32,000 nucleotides of DNA, from positions 2,850,001 to 2,882,000 of the forward strand of contig NZ_CP042911.1 in NCBI RefSeq assembly GCF_008065095.1. Direction: 5' to 3'. Positions 9,691 through 19,537 of this stretch are shown in pieces. Every line of letters starts with the position of its first letter. Position 1 is the first letter of the stretch. The DNA is from Gemmata obscuriglobus. Lineage in GTDB: Bacteria; Planctomycetota; Planctomycetia; Gemmatales; Gemmataceae. A program made the translations under genes and the position numbers. The notes under the pieces were generated by a model. It was not told where the DNA came from, ran no database searches, and saw only the letters and a list, made by a program, of their open reading frames with translations.

Positions 9691-10467
9691 ATGGCGAAGA
9701 TCGAACTCGAGAACGTGTCGGTCACGTTCACCGCGCACCAGCAGAAGCGGGTCAGCTTCAAGGAATACCTCGTCCGCGGACTGTTCTTCGGCTCCCGGAA
9801 CCCGGCCCTGCGGGTGCGGGCGCTGGAAGGCATCAACCTGTCGGCCCGCGACGGCGACCGGATCGGCGTGATCGGGCACAACGGGGCCGGCAAGTCCACG
9901 CTGCTCAAGACGCTCGCCGGGGTGTACCCCCCCACGGGCGGCACCCGCGAGGTCGAGGGGAAGATCTGCTCGTTGTTCGACATCACCCTCGGGTTCGAGT
10001 TCGAGGCCAGCGGGTGGGACAACATCCTCTACCGCGCGTACCTCCAGGGCGAGACCCCGACCAGCGTCCGCGACAAGGTGGACCAGATCGCCGAGTTCTC
10101 GGAACTCGGGGACTTCCTCAACATCGCGGTGCGGAACTACTCGGCCGGGATGCAGATGCGGCTGGCGTTCTCCATCGCCACGGCCATCGAGCCCGAGGTG
10201 CTGCTGATCGACGAGGTGCTCGCGGTCGGCGACCTGGCGTTCCAGAACAAGGCCAAGGCGCGGATGAAGGAGCTGATGAAGTCCTCGCGCCTGATGGTGA
10301 TCGTGGCGCACGACCTCAACGCGATTCTGGACATGTGTACTCGGGTGATCTGGATGGAGCACGGGCAGATCCGGGCCGAAGGGGCGCCGGGGGTGGTTGT
10401 GGAGCAGTACATTGCGGCGTCGGCGGCCAATGCCGGCGTGCTGCAAGAAGAACTCCAGGCCGCGTAA
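9691..10467 (+). CDS. ABC transporter ATP-binding protein (Wzt/TagH-like)
   Basis: Walker A GHNGAGKST, signature YSAGMQMRLAFS, Walker B LLIDEVLAVGD, H-loop VAHD. Confidence 0.92.
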   Translation: MAKIELENVSVTFTAHQQKRVSFKEYLVRGLFFGSRNPALRVRALEGINLSARDGDRIGVIGHNGAGKSTLLKTLAGVYPPTGGTREVEGKICSLFDITLGFEFEASGWDNILYRAYLQGETPTSVRDKVDQIAEFSELGDFLNIAVRNYSAGMQMRLAFSIATAIEPEVLLIDEVLAVGDLAFQNKAKARMKELMKSSRLMVIVAHDLNAILDMCTRVIWMEHGQIRAEGAPGVVVEQYIAASAANAGVLQEELQAA

Positions 10468-10482
10468 CTCAGAGGGTTTTGT

Positions 10483-11673
10483 GTGCGCGTCCTCTTTAAC
10501 GGGGTAACGACTCTCAAGCCGAAGACCGGCATCGCGCACGCGGCGGCGAACCTGCACGCCGCACTGGTCGCGACGTTCCCCGCGGACAACTTCTGGCTGT
10601 ACCCCGGGGCCGGCGTCTCGCGCGCCGCGGGGCGCTTCTTCCGCACCGACGGGGGCGCCCCGGGGGGCGCGGCCCGCGAACCCAGCGCGCTCAAGCAGTT
10701 CGCCAAGCGGACCGCCGGCGCGGCGGCGAAATTGGGCTACGCGACCCACTTTCAGTGGGCCGCCCGAACCGGCCGGTTCGACCTGTACCACGAGCCCAAC
10801 TTCGTCCCCTTCCAGACCGGCCTGCCGCTGGTCGTTACGGTCTTCGACCTCTCGGTGCTGTTGCACCCGGAGTGGCACCCCGCGGAGCGGGTGAAGGCGC
10901 ACGAGAAGGCGTTCGCCCGCGGGCTCGAACTCGCCAACCACGTCCTGGTCGGGACCGAGGCGGTTCGCGCGGAGGCGCAGCGCTACCTGGGGCTGTCGCC
11001 GGACCGGGTGACGGCGATGCTGTGCGGGGTCGGGCCGCAGTTCCGGCCGCAGACGCCGGAAGCGGTTGCCGCGCTCCGGGCGAAGTACGGGTTGCCGCCG
11101 CGGTACACTCTATACGTCGGCACGATCGAGCCGCGGAAGAACATCGCGACTCTGTTGCGGGCGTTCAGCGATCTGCCCGCGCCGGTTCGGGCCGCGTGCC
11201 CTTTAGTGCTGGCCGGCGGGTGGGGGTGGAAGGCGGAGGCCGAGCGCGAACTGTTCCACTCGGAGGCGAAGCCGCGCGGGGCGATTCACCTGGGCTACGT
11301 CCCGGATTCCGACCTCCCGGCGCTGTACGCCGGGGCCGAGGCGCTGCTGTACCCGACCTTTTACGAGGGGTTCGGGATGCCGCCGGTGGAGGCGATGGCG
11401 TGCGGGACGGCCGCCGTCACCTCGACGGCCGACGCGGTGCGCGAGGTGGTCGGCTCGAACGCCCTCACGCTCGACCCCTGCAATCTGGACGGGTGGCGGG
11501 ACGCGCTGTTGCGGATCGCGGACGACCGCGAGTTCCTGAGCTACTACCGGCGCCGCGGTCTCGCGCACGCGGCCACGTTCACCTGGGAAAAGTGCGCGCG
11601 GGTAACGTATGGCGTGTACCGAAAGGTGCTCGGGCTCCCGCAACCGACGGTTGAGACGCGCCGGGCCGCCTGA
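10483..11673 (+). CDS. glycosyltransferase family 4 (GT-B fold)
   Basis: GTG start 16 nt after the ABC ATPase stop. The C-terminal EGFGMPPVEAMACGTAVV motif (E-x7-E region) and GTIEPRKN are typical of GT4/GT1 enzymes. Confidence 0.85.
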   Translation: MRVLFNGVTTLKPKTGIAHAAANLHAALVATFPADNFWLYPGAGVSRAAGRFFRTDGGAPGGAAREPSALKQFAKRTAGAAAKLGYATHFQWAARTGRFDLYHEPNFVPFQTGLPLVVTVFDLSVLLHPEWHPAERVKAHEKAFARGLELANHVLVGTEAVRAEAQRYLGLSPDRVTAMLCGVGPQFRPQTPEAVAALRAKYGLPPRYTLYVGTIEPRKNIATLLRAFSDLPAPVRAACPLVLAGGWGWKAEAERELFHSEAKPRGAIHLGYVPDSDLPALYAGAEALLYPTFYEGFGMPPVEAMACGTAAVTSTADAVREVVGSNALTLDPCNLDGWRDALLRIADDREFLSYYRRRGLAHAATFTWEKCARVTYGVYRKVLGLPQPTVETRRAA

Positions 11674-11698
11674 TTCACGATCCGCTGATTGGTTGCAT

Positions 11699-11743
11699 CT
11701 GTCTCTTGTTGCACAGAGTGGAATGTCTGTGCAACAAAGACAG
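11699..11743. terminator. long hairpin between convergent genes
   Basis: ctgtctcttgttgcacag / ctgtgcaacaaagacag form a stem of about 17 bp (one bulge) around a 10-nt loop. It is AT-richer than its surroundings and lies between the GT4 (+) and CPBP (-) stops. Confidence 0.4.
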
Positions 11744-11794
11744 GAATCAAAACGGACACCGTCGGCCGGATCGGTTTCCCGGCTACTCGTGGGC

Positions 11795-12856
11795 TTACCC
11801 GCGGAGTACGTACACCACGGACACCGCGTTAAACAGCGAGTGGACGAGTACCGGCACGAGCAGCCCGTTGGTGCGGGCGGCGAGGTAGCCGAGCGCCAGC
11901 CCGAGCGCGAACAGCGCGATCGGGTTGGGCCATGTCGGGTGGACCAGTGCGAAAAACGCGGCCGTTGCGTACACCGCGCCCGCCCGCCGTATCCCGGTCC
12001 GTTTGACCCGGTACAGCACGGCCAACCCCACCACCAGCACCGCCGCGAACGTCACCGCCTGCCACTTCCCGCCAAGCGATTCCCCGCCCGGTCCGGCCGC
12101 GGTGACCAGCCCGGCCACGAGGATCACGAGCCAGGGGCGGATTCCCGTCACCGGCTTCACGCCCAGCCCCGGGAAGCGGATTCGGCCCATGCCCCACCAC
12201 AGTATGATCCCGCGGAACAGCACCTCCTCGCTCAGCGGCGCGACCACACACGCCCCCAGCGCGAGCAGAATCTGATCGAGCGGCGGACGCTCTCCCAGTT
12301 TGGTCAGCGAGTGCGTTTCGGGGGGCACGCCGATGGAAACCGCGACCGCGTTCACGACCGCGTTCAACAACAGCACGGCGGGGGTGACCAGGAGCCACGC
12401 GGCGACCGCCAGCGTGATTTTGCTCGGTACGCTTCCGTTGGCAGCGGGGCGCCAGCGCGCGTGGAGCGAGTAACGCACGAGTGCAAGGAGCCCGAGAACG
12501 ATTGGGAGGGCGAACAGGCCTGCCCACAACCCGCGCAGCGTCCACGCTTCGGCCTTCTGTTCGGCCGGCAGATCCTTCGCCCTGAGTGGCGGGAACCCGT
12601 CTCCGTACACGAACTGGAAGAACCCGCCGCTGTCGAGCAACTGAAGAGCTGTGGGCGGTATTACGAAGACGATCGCCAGGAATATGACGGTCACCTCGAA
12701 CCCGCTCCACGGGACCGGAAAGGGTTTCCAGCGCGGGAGGAGCGCTTCGCTTCGGGGGCGGAACGCGTATGCCACCAAACCGACCGGCACCGCGCCGGCC
12801 GCGACCAGTGCGCCGGCCGTTACCATACGCACCACTTCCGACAGATCGATCTGCAC
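11795..12856 (-). CDS. CPBP family intramembrane glutamic endopeptidase (CAAX protease / Abi-like)
   Basis: Polytopic membrane protein with the three CPBP motifs: SEEVLFRG (EExxxR), FFALVH (FxxxH) and VLVHSLFN (HxxxN). Confidence 0.85.
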   Translation of the reverse strand: MQIDLSEVVRMVTAGALVAAGAVPVGLVAYAFRPRSEALLPRWKPFPVPWSGFEVTVIFLAIVFVIPPTALQLLDSGGFFQFVYGDGFPPLRAKDLPAEQKAEAWTLRGLWAGLFALPIVLGLLALVRYSLHARWRPAANGSVPSKITLAVAAWLLVTPAVLLLNAVVNAVAVSIGVPPETHSLTKLGERPPLDQILLALGACVVAPLSEEVLFRGIILWWGMGRIRFPGLGVKPVTGIRPWLVILVAGLVTAAGPGGESLGGKWQAVTFAAVLVVGLAVLYRVKRTGIRRAGAVYATAAFFALVHPTWPNPIALFALGLALGYLAARTNGLLVPVLVHSLFNAVSVVYVLRG

Positions 12857-13034
12857 GTCAAACCCTTGTGAAGCGCCTCACCGGCCGGGCCGCTTCGGTT
12901 AAAATACCTCTTCGCACGAGATCCGCACAGAGAACGATCGTCTCCGTCGCGAGCGGACCCGCGTTGCGGTCGTGCCGACGTGTCGGTTACGATTGAACGG
13001 CCCGGCGCCCGTTCCCGCTCCGAGAGCCGATCCC

Positions 13035-15356
13035 ATGTCTCTCCGCGCCTGTCTGCTCGCTCTTGTCGTGACCGCCTTCGGTTACGCGTCCATCTGCGCC
13101 GACGAAAAAAAGCCTTACACCGGCGCCGCGTGCGCGGCAGAACCCGATTCGTACTTCCGGGACGAGGTGTGGGCCAAGGTCGGGGCGGGCAAGTGCCTCA
13201 CGTGTCACAAACCTGGCGGTGATGCGGCGGACAGCAAGTTCGTACTCAAAGACCCTCGGAAAGCCGAAGGCGCCGCACAAGATGAGGCGCTGCGGCACAA
13301 CCGTGACGCCTTCGCCAGGTTCGCGGCCACGACCGAGAAGGACGCCAAGGGCCAGTCGCGGCTACTGCTGAAACCGCTCGGGAAGCTCGACCACGGCGGC
13401 GGCGAAATCGTTACCGCCGACTCGGCCGAGTACCGCGTGCTGAGCGCCTTCGTGCGCCGGGTGAACAACCCGAAGGGCGCGGAACTCGCCCTCGATCCCA
13501 AGGCGCCGCCGTTCTTCGAGGGGGTCGTGATGTTGGACGACGCCCGGTTGCTCCGGCGCGTCACGTTGCAACTGGCGGGCCGCCTCCCGACCGATGCGGA
13601 ACTCGCCGCGGTCGCAAAAGACGGCCGCAAAGCGCTGCCTGCGGTTCTGGACGCGCTGATGAAGGAAGAGGCGTTCTATCTGCGGCTTCGCGAAGGTTTC
13701 AACGACGTATTCCTGACGGCCGGTGTTGACGGAAATCCGGACCAGTCGGTCCTCTCTTACGAGCACTTCGAGAAGACGCGACTGTGGTATCAGAAGTTCG
13801 ATCTCGGCCACATCAAGGACGAGGCCGAGCGCCGCAAGGCGGGCTACAAACTGGCCGCCGACTACCGCAAGTCGCTGCTCGAAGAGCCGATGCGACTGGT
13901 CGAGTACATCGTCCGTAACAACCGACCGTTTACGGAAGTTGTGACGGCCGATTACATCATTGTGTCGCCGTACTCGGCGCGCGGCTACGGGGTCTTCGAG
14001 CAACTCAAGGGGCAGTTCAAGAACCCCAACGACCCGTTCGAGTTCGTGCCGGTGAAGTTGAACGCGCTTGTGGGGCGCAGCAAGGCCGAGAACCAGGACT
14101 CCGCGACGGGCTATTACCCGCACGCCGGGCTGCTCAGTACCTTCCAGTACCTCGCCCGGTACCCCACGACTGAAACCAACCGCAACCGCCTCCGGGCCAG
14201 GATGTACTACCAGCACTTCCTCGGGGTGGATGTGCTGGAACTGGCGGCGCGCGTCTCGGACGCCGCGACCGCGCAAACGAAGTTCGCGGTGCCGACGATG
14301 CAGGCGCCCGAGTGCGCGGTGTGCCACAAGACGTTGGACCCGGTCGCGGGGCTGTTTCAGGACTACTGGCGGTTCGCCGAACGGGGCGTGTACGGGAAGC
14401 GCAAGGGCGGCTGGTTCACGGACATGTTCGGCGCCGGGTTCGAGGGCGAAGACCTCCCCGCGCCCGAGCGCTGGCGGGCGCTTCAGTGGCTCGGCGAGCG
14501 GACCGCGAAGGACCCGCGGTTCGCGGTCACGATGACGGAACACGTGTACTACGTCCTGACGGGGCGCCGGGCGCTTCTGGCACCGAAGGACATCGAAGAC
14601 CCGCTGTACCCGGCCCGCGTGCGGGCGTACCTCACGCAGCGCAAGGAGGTGGAGCGGATCGCGGCGCAGCTCGCGAAGAGCGGCTTTAACCTCAAAGTGG
14701 CGTTCAAGGAGTGGATCGCATCGGACTTCTACCGGGCCGACGGGCTCGCGACTGTTGCCAAGGACCCGACTCGCCGGACCGAACTGGACGATGTGGGTGT
14801 GGTGCGAATGCTAACGCCTGAGCAACTCGAACGAAAAATCGCCGCCGTGTTCGGCACGCGCTGGAGCCGGCTCGAAGGTGAAATCGCGTCACTATACGGT
14901 GCGATCGACTCCAAGGAAACGACGGACCGTCCGGCGGACCCGAGCGGGGCGATGGGCGCGATCCAGCGCATCATGTCGAACGACGTGGCGTGCAAGAACG
15001 TGGCCCGCGACTTCGCCCGCCCCGCGAAAGAGCGGGTGCTGTTCCCCGGGATCGAGCCCGGGGTGGTTCCGGGCGCGTCGGCCGAAGGCGATCAGCAGAT
15101 CCGTCACGCGATCGCGTACCTGCACCGGCGCGTCCTGGGCCGAGACGACGCCGTCGATTCGAGTGAAGTGAGCCGCACGTTCAAGCTGTTCGCGGCGGTC
15201 GTTTCCGACGCAAAGGCCGCGAAGGGTGTCGAGAAGCGCGAGGCTTACGGGTGCCGACAGGGCGGGGCGCTGGCCGACGACCCGCAGTACACGGTGCGGG
15301 CGTGGCGCGCGGTGGTCACGTACCTGTTGCGACGGTTCGAGTTTTTGTACGAGTAG
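13035..15356 (+). CDS. planctomycete cytochrome-c-motif protein of the DUF1585/1587/1588/1592/1595 type
   Basis: The ATG at 13035 gives the signal peptide MSLRACLLALVVTAFGYASICA. An N-terminal CLTCHK is present, and the internal CAVCHKTLDPVAGLFQDY motif is the one I associate with DUF1588 proteins. About 773 aa. The tracked ORF starts at 12972. Confidence 0.75.
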   Translation: MSLRACLLALVVTAFGYASICADEKKPYTGAACAAEPDSYFRDEVWAKVGAGKCLTCHKPGGDAADSKFVLKDPRKAEGAAQDEALRHNRDAFARFAATTEKDAKGQSRLLLKPLGKLDHGGGEIVTADSAEYRVLSAFVRRVNNPKGAELALDPKAPPFFEGVVMLDDARLLRRVTLQLAGRLPTDAELAAVAKDGRKALPAVLDALMKEEAFYLRLREGFNDVFLTAGVDGNPDQSVLSYEHFEKTRLWYQKFDLGHIKDEAERRKAGYKLAADYRKSLLEEPMRLVEYIVRNNRPFTEVVTADYIIVSPYSARGYGVFEQLKGQFKNPNDPFEFVPVKLNALVGRSKAENQDSATGYYPHAGLLSTFQYLARYPTTETNRNRLRARMYYQHFLGVDVLELAARVSDAATAQTKFAVPTMQAPECAVCHKTLDPVAGLFQDYWRFAERGVYGKRKGGWFTDMFGAGFEGEDLPAPERWRALQWLGERTAKDPRFAVTMTEHVYYVLTGRRALLAPKDIEDPLYPARVRAYLTQRKEVERIAAQLAKSGFNLKVAFKEWIASDFYRADGLATVAKDPTRRTELDDVGVVRMLTPEQLERKIAAVFGTRWSRLEGEIASLYGAIDSKETTDRPADPSGAMGAIQRIMSNDVACKNVARDFARPAKERVLFPGIEPGVVPGASAEGDQQIRHAIAYLHRRVLGRDDAVDSSEVSRTFKLFAAVVSDAKAAKGVEKREAYGCRQGGALADDPQYTVRAWRAVVTYLLRRFEFLYE

Positions 15357-15466
15357 TTTTTGGGGCGCGTGGCTGGGACTTTTAAAACGCGCGGCGGAAC
15401 AGCCCGGCTCGGGGCGCGGTCTGACCGAGGCGGGGCAATGTGGCATAGAGTTTCGATGGAGGGAGT

Positions 15467-15552
15467 AAGGCGAGTTTTGACGGGATCGACAGGATAAACA
15501 GGATTTCAAGATAATCTGTTTTTATCCTGTCGATCCCGTCAAGACTCGCCTT
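15467..15552. repeat. 35-37 nt near-perfect inverted repeat (long hairpin) in a convergent intergenic region
   Basis: Left arm aaggcgagttttgacgggatcgacaggataaacag (15467-15501); right arm ctgtttttatcctgtcgatcccgtcaagactcgcctt (15516-15552). There is one T/C difference (a G-U pair in RNA) and a 2-nt bulge. The 14-nt loop is AT-rich. Confidence 0.85.
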
Positions 15553-15761
15553 CATAAAACGAGGTCCGCATCGGCCGAAAGGAAGTCACTACCAGTCACC
15601 CACTTTACCACTGGTTCTTGGTACGGTCCGCTCGTCCACCGGCACTTGAATCGGGCTCGGCTGAGGACGGGCATCGGTAACCAAGCCAGGAGCACCGCTC
15701 GCGGAGCGAGCGGGCCACATTGAAAACCACAACTCGAACGACACAAATTCGCGCATCTCGG

Positions 15762-17975
15762 TCAGTCGGAGATGTTGGCGAGGTAGTCCTCGTACTTCTT
15801 GCGGGCGGCGAACTCGGCGGCGGTGTGCTGCTTCTCCTTGGCGGTCAGCGCGTCGATCTCCTTCTCCTGGTCGGACAGCTTCTTCAGGTACGTGGCGTAC
15901 ACCTCGGCCTCCCGCGGGGTCTCGCGCAGGTTCTTGCGAATCCGGTCCTGGTCCGCGGTGAGCCGCCGCAACTCCTCCTGCACCTGCCGCAGCTCCCGCG
16001 CCGCCCCGTCCCACCCGTCCTTGATCTGCAGCGCCTCGGCCAGCTTCTTCTTGAGCGCCGGGGTGGCCTCGTTGAGGCTCAAGAAGTACCGGATCTGGTC
16101 CTCGGCCCCGTTGCTCAGCGCGATGGTGGTGGCAACGTCGCGCTGCTCCTTGACGGTGAACGTGGTCGTCCGCCCGGCGGCCACGGGGGCCTGGAACCGG
16201 AGCACCTCGGGGGTGTCGTCGACCGGCTTGGGGGTGTCCACCAGCTTCACCTGCTGGGCCGTGCGGTTCGGGTGCTCGATCAGCACGGTGCGGTCGGTGG
16301 CGCTGCGGTTGGCGATCCGGTACGTCTTCTCCTCGGTCACCTGGGTGACCGTGTGGACGATCCCCTTGACCGCCTTGACGCGGGTGATCTGCTGCTTGCC
16401 GGCCCCGGCCGTGGGGTCCACCTCGGTGCCCAGGTCGATGGCGTAGGACACCAGCCGCTCCTCGTTCGGCTGCACGTCCAGCACCCGGGTGTCGCCCGCG
16501 TACACGCTCCCCTCGAACACCGTCACCGGCCCCTGGTTCAGGTGCGCCCCCGACGTGTTCTTGAACCGCAGCCCCAGGAGCGGGTGCTTGGCCTGCACCG
16601 CCGGGTTGTAGATGCTCACCCGCGCGCCCTCCACCTCCTTGCCCACGATCGGCAGCAGCGCGCTCTTCTGCCGCGGCAGCGTCACCGGGTGGTCGATCGT
16701 GTACTGGAAGAAGTCCCCCAGCGCGCCCGACGTGGCCGCGTTGCCCACCACTCCCTGGTTCATTTTGCTCGCGAGTTCGCGGCCGAAGTCGTTGGCGTAT
16801 CGCTTGCGGTCGGCGGCATCTCGTTTTTCGTCGGTGTCGGCCAGTCGCATTCGGCTTTCAGGTCCACCGCCCGGACCACCGAACCCACCGCCACCGAACC
16901 CGCCGGAACCGGGCGGGGCCGCCGGAGCGGCTGCGATCATCGGCTTGGCAGCCTTGGCATCCGCGGGGCCGTTGTACGCGAGGCCGTTGCTATCCTTGAA
17001 CCCGCCGGAGTACGTAACGGGCCGGAGCGAGGCGAACAGCTCGGGCTCGACGGTGGGGCGGTTGACGTACAGCGGGTTGTACAGGTCCATCTTGAAGCTG
17101 ATGGGGCGCCCCGACACGAGCGCCATCTTGACCCCGGCCCAGTCCTCGTCGGTCGGGTTCTCCACCATGGCCCAGCCCTGCAGGTACGGCTTCTCCTTGT
17201 TGCCCGCGTCCAGCAAGAGCCGGTAGCTGGTCTTCCAGATCGGGGCCTCGGTCACGTACCCCACCTGCACCCGCCGCCGCCCGTCCCCCGCGAAGTGCAG
17301 GCTCACCGCCTTCTTCTGGCTGTCGTGCGACAGCGCCAGCACGTCCAGCGCCCGGCGGAACTCGGACTCGATCACCGGGTTGCTGAACCGCAGCGTCTGC
17401 ACGTCCCCCAGCTTCACCGCCCGCAGCCCCTCCGCGCACCACAGGTTCAGCACCTCGGCGTCGAGCACCTGGGTGCCCGCCGGCACCCGCTGCTTCTCGA
17501 TCCCCACGATGGTGCCGGACAGCTTGCCCGGCTGGTTCGCCGCGGTGGCGCTCACCGCCACCTCCACCCGCTCACCGCGCAACTGCCCCAGGATCCCCGC
17601 CAGCGTCGGGCTCCCGGTCAGGTTGATGGCGAAGCTGGACAGGGTGCGGGCGATCGGCTCCCGGCTGTCGTAGCTCACCGCGCTCACCCGCCCGGTGGTG
17701 CTGAAGTCCTCCAGCACCATGCTCTTGAGCAGGTCGTTCACGTCCCCTTCCGGGAACGTCAGGTCCACCCGCGCGTCACCCTCCACCTCGCCGGATCGCG
17801 AGAAGTACCCGACCCCGCTGTTGAACAGCACCACCCGGCTGATCGGCAGCGTCACCGCCGGCTTCAAGTCCTGCTTCGCCTCGCCGGCGGCGCTGAGCCA
17901 CTGGTCCACGCACACGCCCAGCCCCACCGCGCCCGCCACCGGCGCCGCCCACAGCAGCCATTTCGCCTTAGACAT
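15762..17975 (-). CDS. DUF4139/DUF4140-like (MuiA-like) protein with C-terminal coiled coil; family assignment tentative
   Basis: 737-aa ORF; AAGGAAG precedes the ATG at 17975. It has an N-terminal signal/anchor. SRVVLFNSGVGYFSRSGEVEGDARVDLTFPEGDVNDLLKSM resembles the DUF4140 N-terminus. An internal Gly/Phe-rich linker and a K/E-rich coiled-coil tail are present. Confidence 0.6.
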   Translation of the reverse strand: MSKAKWLLWAAPVAGAVGLGVCVDQWLSAAGEAKQDLKPAVTLPISRVVLFNSGVGYFSRSGEVEGDARVDLTFPEGDVNDLLKSMVLEDFSTTGRVSAVSYDSREPIARTLSSFAINLTGSPTLAGILGQLRGERVEVAVSATAANQPGKLSGTIVGIEKQRVPAGTQVLDAEVLNLWCAEGLRAVKLGDVQTLRFSNPVIESEFRRALDVLALSHDSQKKAVSLHFAGDGRRRVQVGYVTEAPIWKTSYRLLLDAGNKEKPYLQGWAMVENPTDEDWAGVKMALVSGRPISFKMDLYNPLYVNRPTVEPELFASLRPVTYSGGFKDSNGLAYNGPADAKAAKPMIAAAPAAPPGSGGFGGGGFGGPGGGPESRMRLADTDEKRDAADRKRYANDFGRELASKMNQGVVGNAATSGALGDFFQYTIDHPVTLPRQKSALLPIVGKEVEGARVSIYNPAVQAKHPLLGLRFKNTSGAHLNQGPVTVFEGSVYAGDTRVLDVQPNEERLVSYAIDLGTEVDPTAGAGKQQITRVKAVKGIVHTVTQVTEEKTYRIANRSATDRTVLIEHPNRTAQQVKLVDTPKPVDDTPEVLRFQAPVAAGRTTTFTVKEQRDVATTIALSNGAEDQIRYFLSLNEATPALKKKLAEALQIKDGWDGAARELRQVQEELRRLTADQDRIRKNLRETPREAEVYATYLKKLSDQEKEIDALTAKEKQHTAAEFAARKKYEDYLANISD

Positions 17976-18139
17976 GGGAGCTTCCTTTGAGAACGGAGAT
18001 TAACGCGACGCGCCCCGAAGTCCGGGGCGGGTTGAATGTCACCATTTAGACGAGTGAGGCCGTATGGGCGTTGTGCGGAATCGAAATGTTACAATCGCGG
18101 GCGTTCGGATCGGCAGGCAGATTCTTATGAAATCGCGGC

Positions 18140-19396
18140 TTATGACCCAACGTAGGCGGGCTGGCGGACGGCCGAAGTCCAGACATCGTCCAGCCGCTCG
18201 GCGAGCAAATCCCACGAGTAACGCGCCAGCACCCGCTGCCGACCGCTCTCGGCGGTGTCCTGGAGTTGGTCACCGGCGCGGATCGCGGCAAGCGTCGCGT
18301 TCACCATTCCTTCTGGCGTTTCCGCGACGAGCAGGTCGCGATTCGGTTCGAGTTCCAACCCCTCCGCTCCGACGCGGGTGCTGACGACGGGCGTGCCCGC
18401 GGCCAGCGCCTCGAGGATTTTGAGCCGCGACCCCCCGCCGATCCGCAGCGGGACGGTGAGGAACTCGCACCGGGCGAGGAAGGGCCGCACGTCGGGAACG
18501 TCCGCGTGCAGTTCCGCCCCGGGCGTGTCGGCCGCCAGCGCCCGGAGCCATTCGGGCGGGCGCCGGCCCACGAGAACGGCCGTCGCGTGCGGCACTTCCG
18601 CCCGGACCGCCGGCAGGATGTGTGTGAGCAACTGGGCCGCGGCGTCCTGGTTGGGGCGCCAGTCGAGGCTCCCCATGAAGAGCATCTGTGCCGGGGTGCG
18701 CTCGACGTCGCGCTGCGGTCGGAAGTACGCGACATCGACGCCGTTCTCCACCACCCGCACCCGCCTACCGCCGAACTCCGCGCGCATGAGTGCGGCGTCC
18801 TCGCGGCTGACCGCGACGGCGGTCGTGGCGGCGGCGTAGGCCCACCGCTCGAACCGCTCGAACTTCCGCAACTGCTGGCGGATGTACCACCGCTTCATCG
18901 GGTTCTCGGCGGTTTCGGCGTACCGCCGCCAGATGAGCGATTCGACGTTGTGGGCCATCACGGTCCACCGGGCCGATTCCATCTTCGGGCCGAGGGCGGC
19001 GCGCAGCACCTGGGCGTACGGGGTCCACTCGCAGTGCCACACGTCAACGTCTCGCTCCGCGTCGAACGCGCGGGCCGCTTCCGCGAGCGCGGGCGAGGTG
19101 TGCGTGCTGACGGAGTAGGGCAGGGGGGAGAGCAAGTTGCCCGCGAGCCGCGCGTAGAACCCCGGGCCGGACTTCGACGGGACCGCGCGGTCCACGACGA
19201 CGGTTTCGATGCCCGCGTCGCGGAACGCTTCTTCCGCGGCCAGCGCCTCGTCGCGGTCGGGGTTGCGGTGGCACAGCACCGTCACGTTGTGGCGTGGGGC
19301 GAGCCGTGCGAGCAGGTTGAAGGTTCGGATCCGTTTCCCGGACGTGAGCGGGAACGGTAGTTCTTCGTCGAGAACGGCGATGTTCAGTCGGCGCAT
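18140..19396 (-). CDS. glycosyltransferase family 4
   Basis: From ATG 19396 (GGAAGGGA upstream) it reads MRRLNIAVLDEELPFPLTSGKRIRTFNLL. The C-terminal GGGSRLKILEALAAGTPVVST motif is GT4-like. The tracked ORF begins at 19477. Confidence 0.85.
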   Translation of the reverse strand: MRRLNIAVLDEELPFPLTSGKRIRTFNLLARLAPRHNVTVLCHRNPDRDEALAAEEAFRDAGIETVVVDRAVPSKSGPGFYARLAGNLLSPLPYSVSTHTSPALAEAARAFDAERDVDVWHCEWTPYAQVLRAALGPKMESARWTVMAHNVESLIWRRYAETAENPMKRWYIRQQLRKFERFERWAYAAATTAVAVSREDAALMRAEFGGRRVRVVENGVDVAYFRPQRDVERTPAQMLFMGSLDWRPNQDAAAQLLTHILPAVRAEVPHATAVLVGRRPPEWLRALAADTPGAELHADVPDVRPFLARCEFLTVPLRIGGGSRLKILEALAAGTPVVSTRVGAEGLELEPNRDLLVAETPEGMVNATLAAIRAGDQLQDTAESGRQRVLARYSWDLLAERLDDVWTSAVRQPAYVGS

Positions 19397-19537
19397 CCGG
19401 AAATCCCTTCCCAGCTTGTGGGGAGGAATTGTCTCCGAACCGCCGGCCCCTCGCAACCGCAGTTTTTCGGCGTGCAATGCGAGCCGCGGTGTGGTTCGAT
19501 AGCGGCGCCCGGTTCTCTGACACGGAGGATTTTACCC

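Noticed and set aside
9343-10941. 532-aa minus-strand ORF. Similar antisense ORFs: 24129-25400 (-), 20075-21577 (+), 13362-14543 (-), 18266-19360 (+), 11609-12871 (+)
   Set aside because: All lie antisense to genes with clear family motifs (ABC ATPase/GT4, IS4 transposase, recN, DUF1588-type, GT4, CPBP) and have R/P/G-rich composition without motifs.
15720-17990. 756-aa plus-strand ORF
   Set aside because: It is an exact antisense shadow of the 15762-17975 minus-strand gene, which has an RBS, a signal peptide and normal composition. The plus-frame product is low-complexity (L/G/R/V/P/H).
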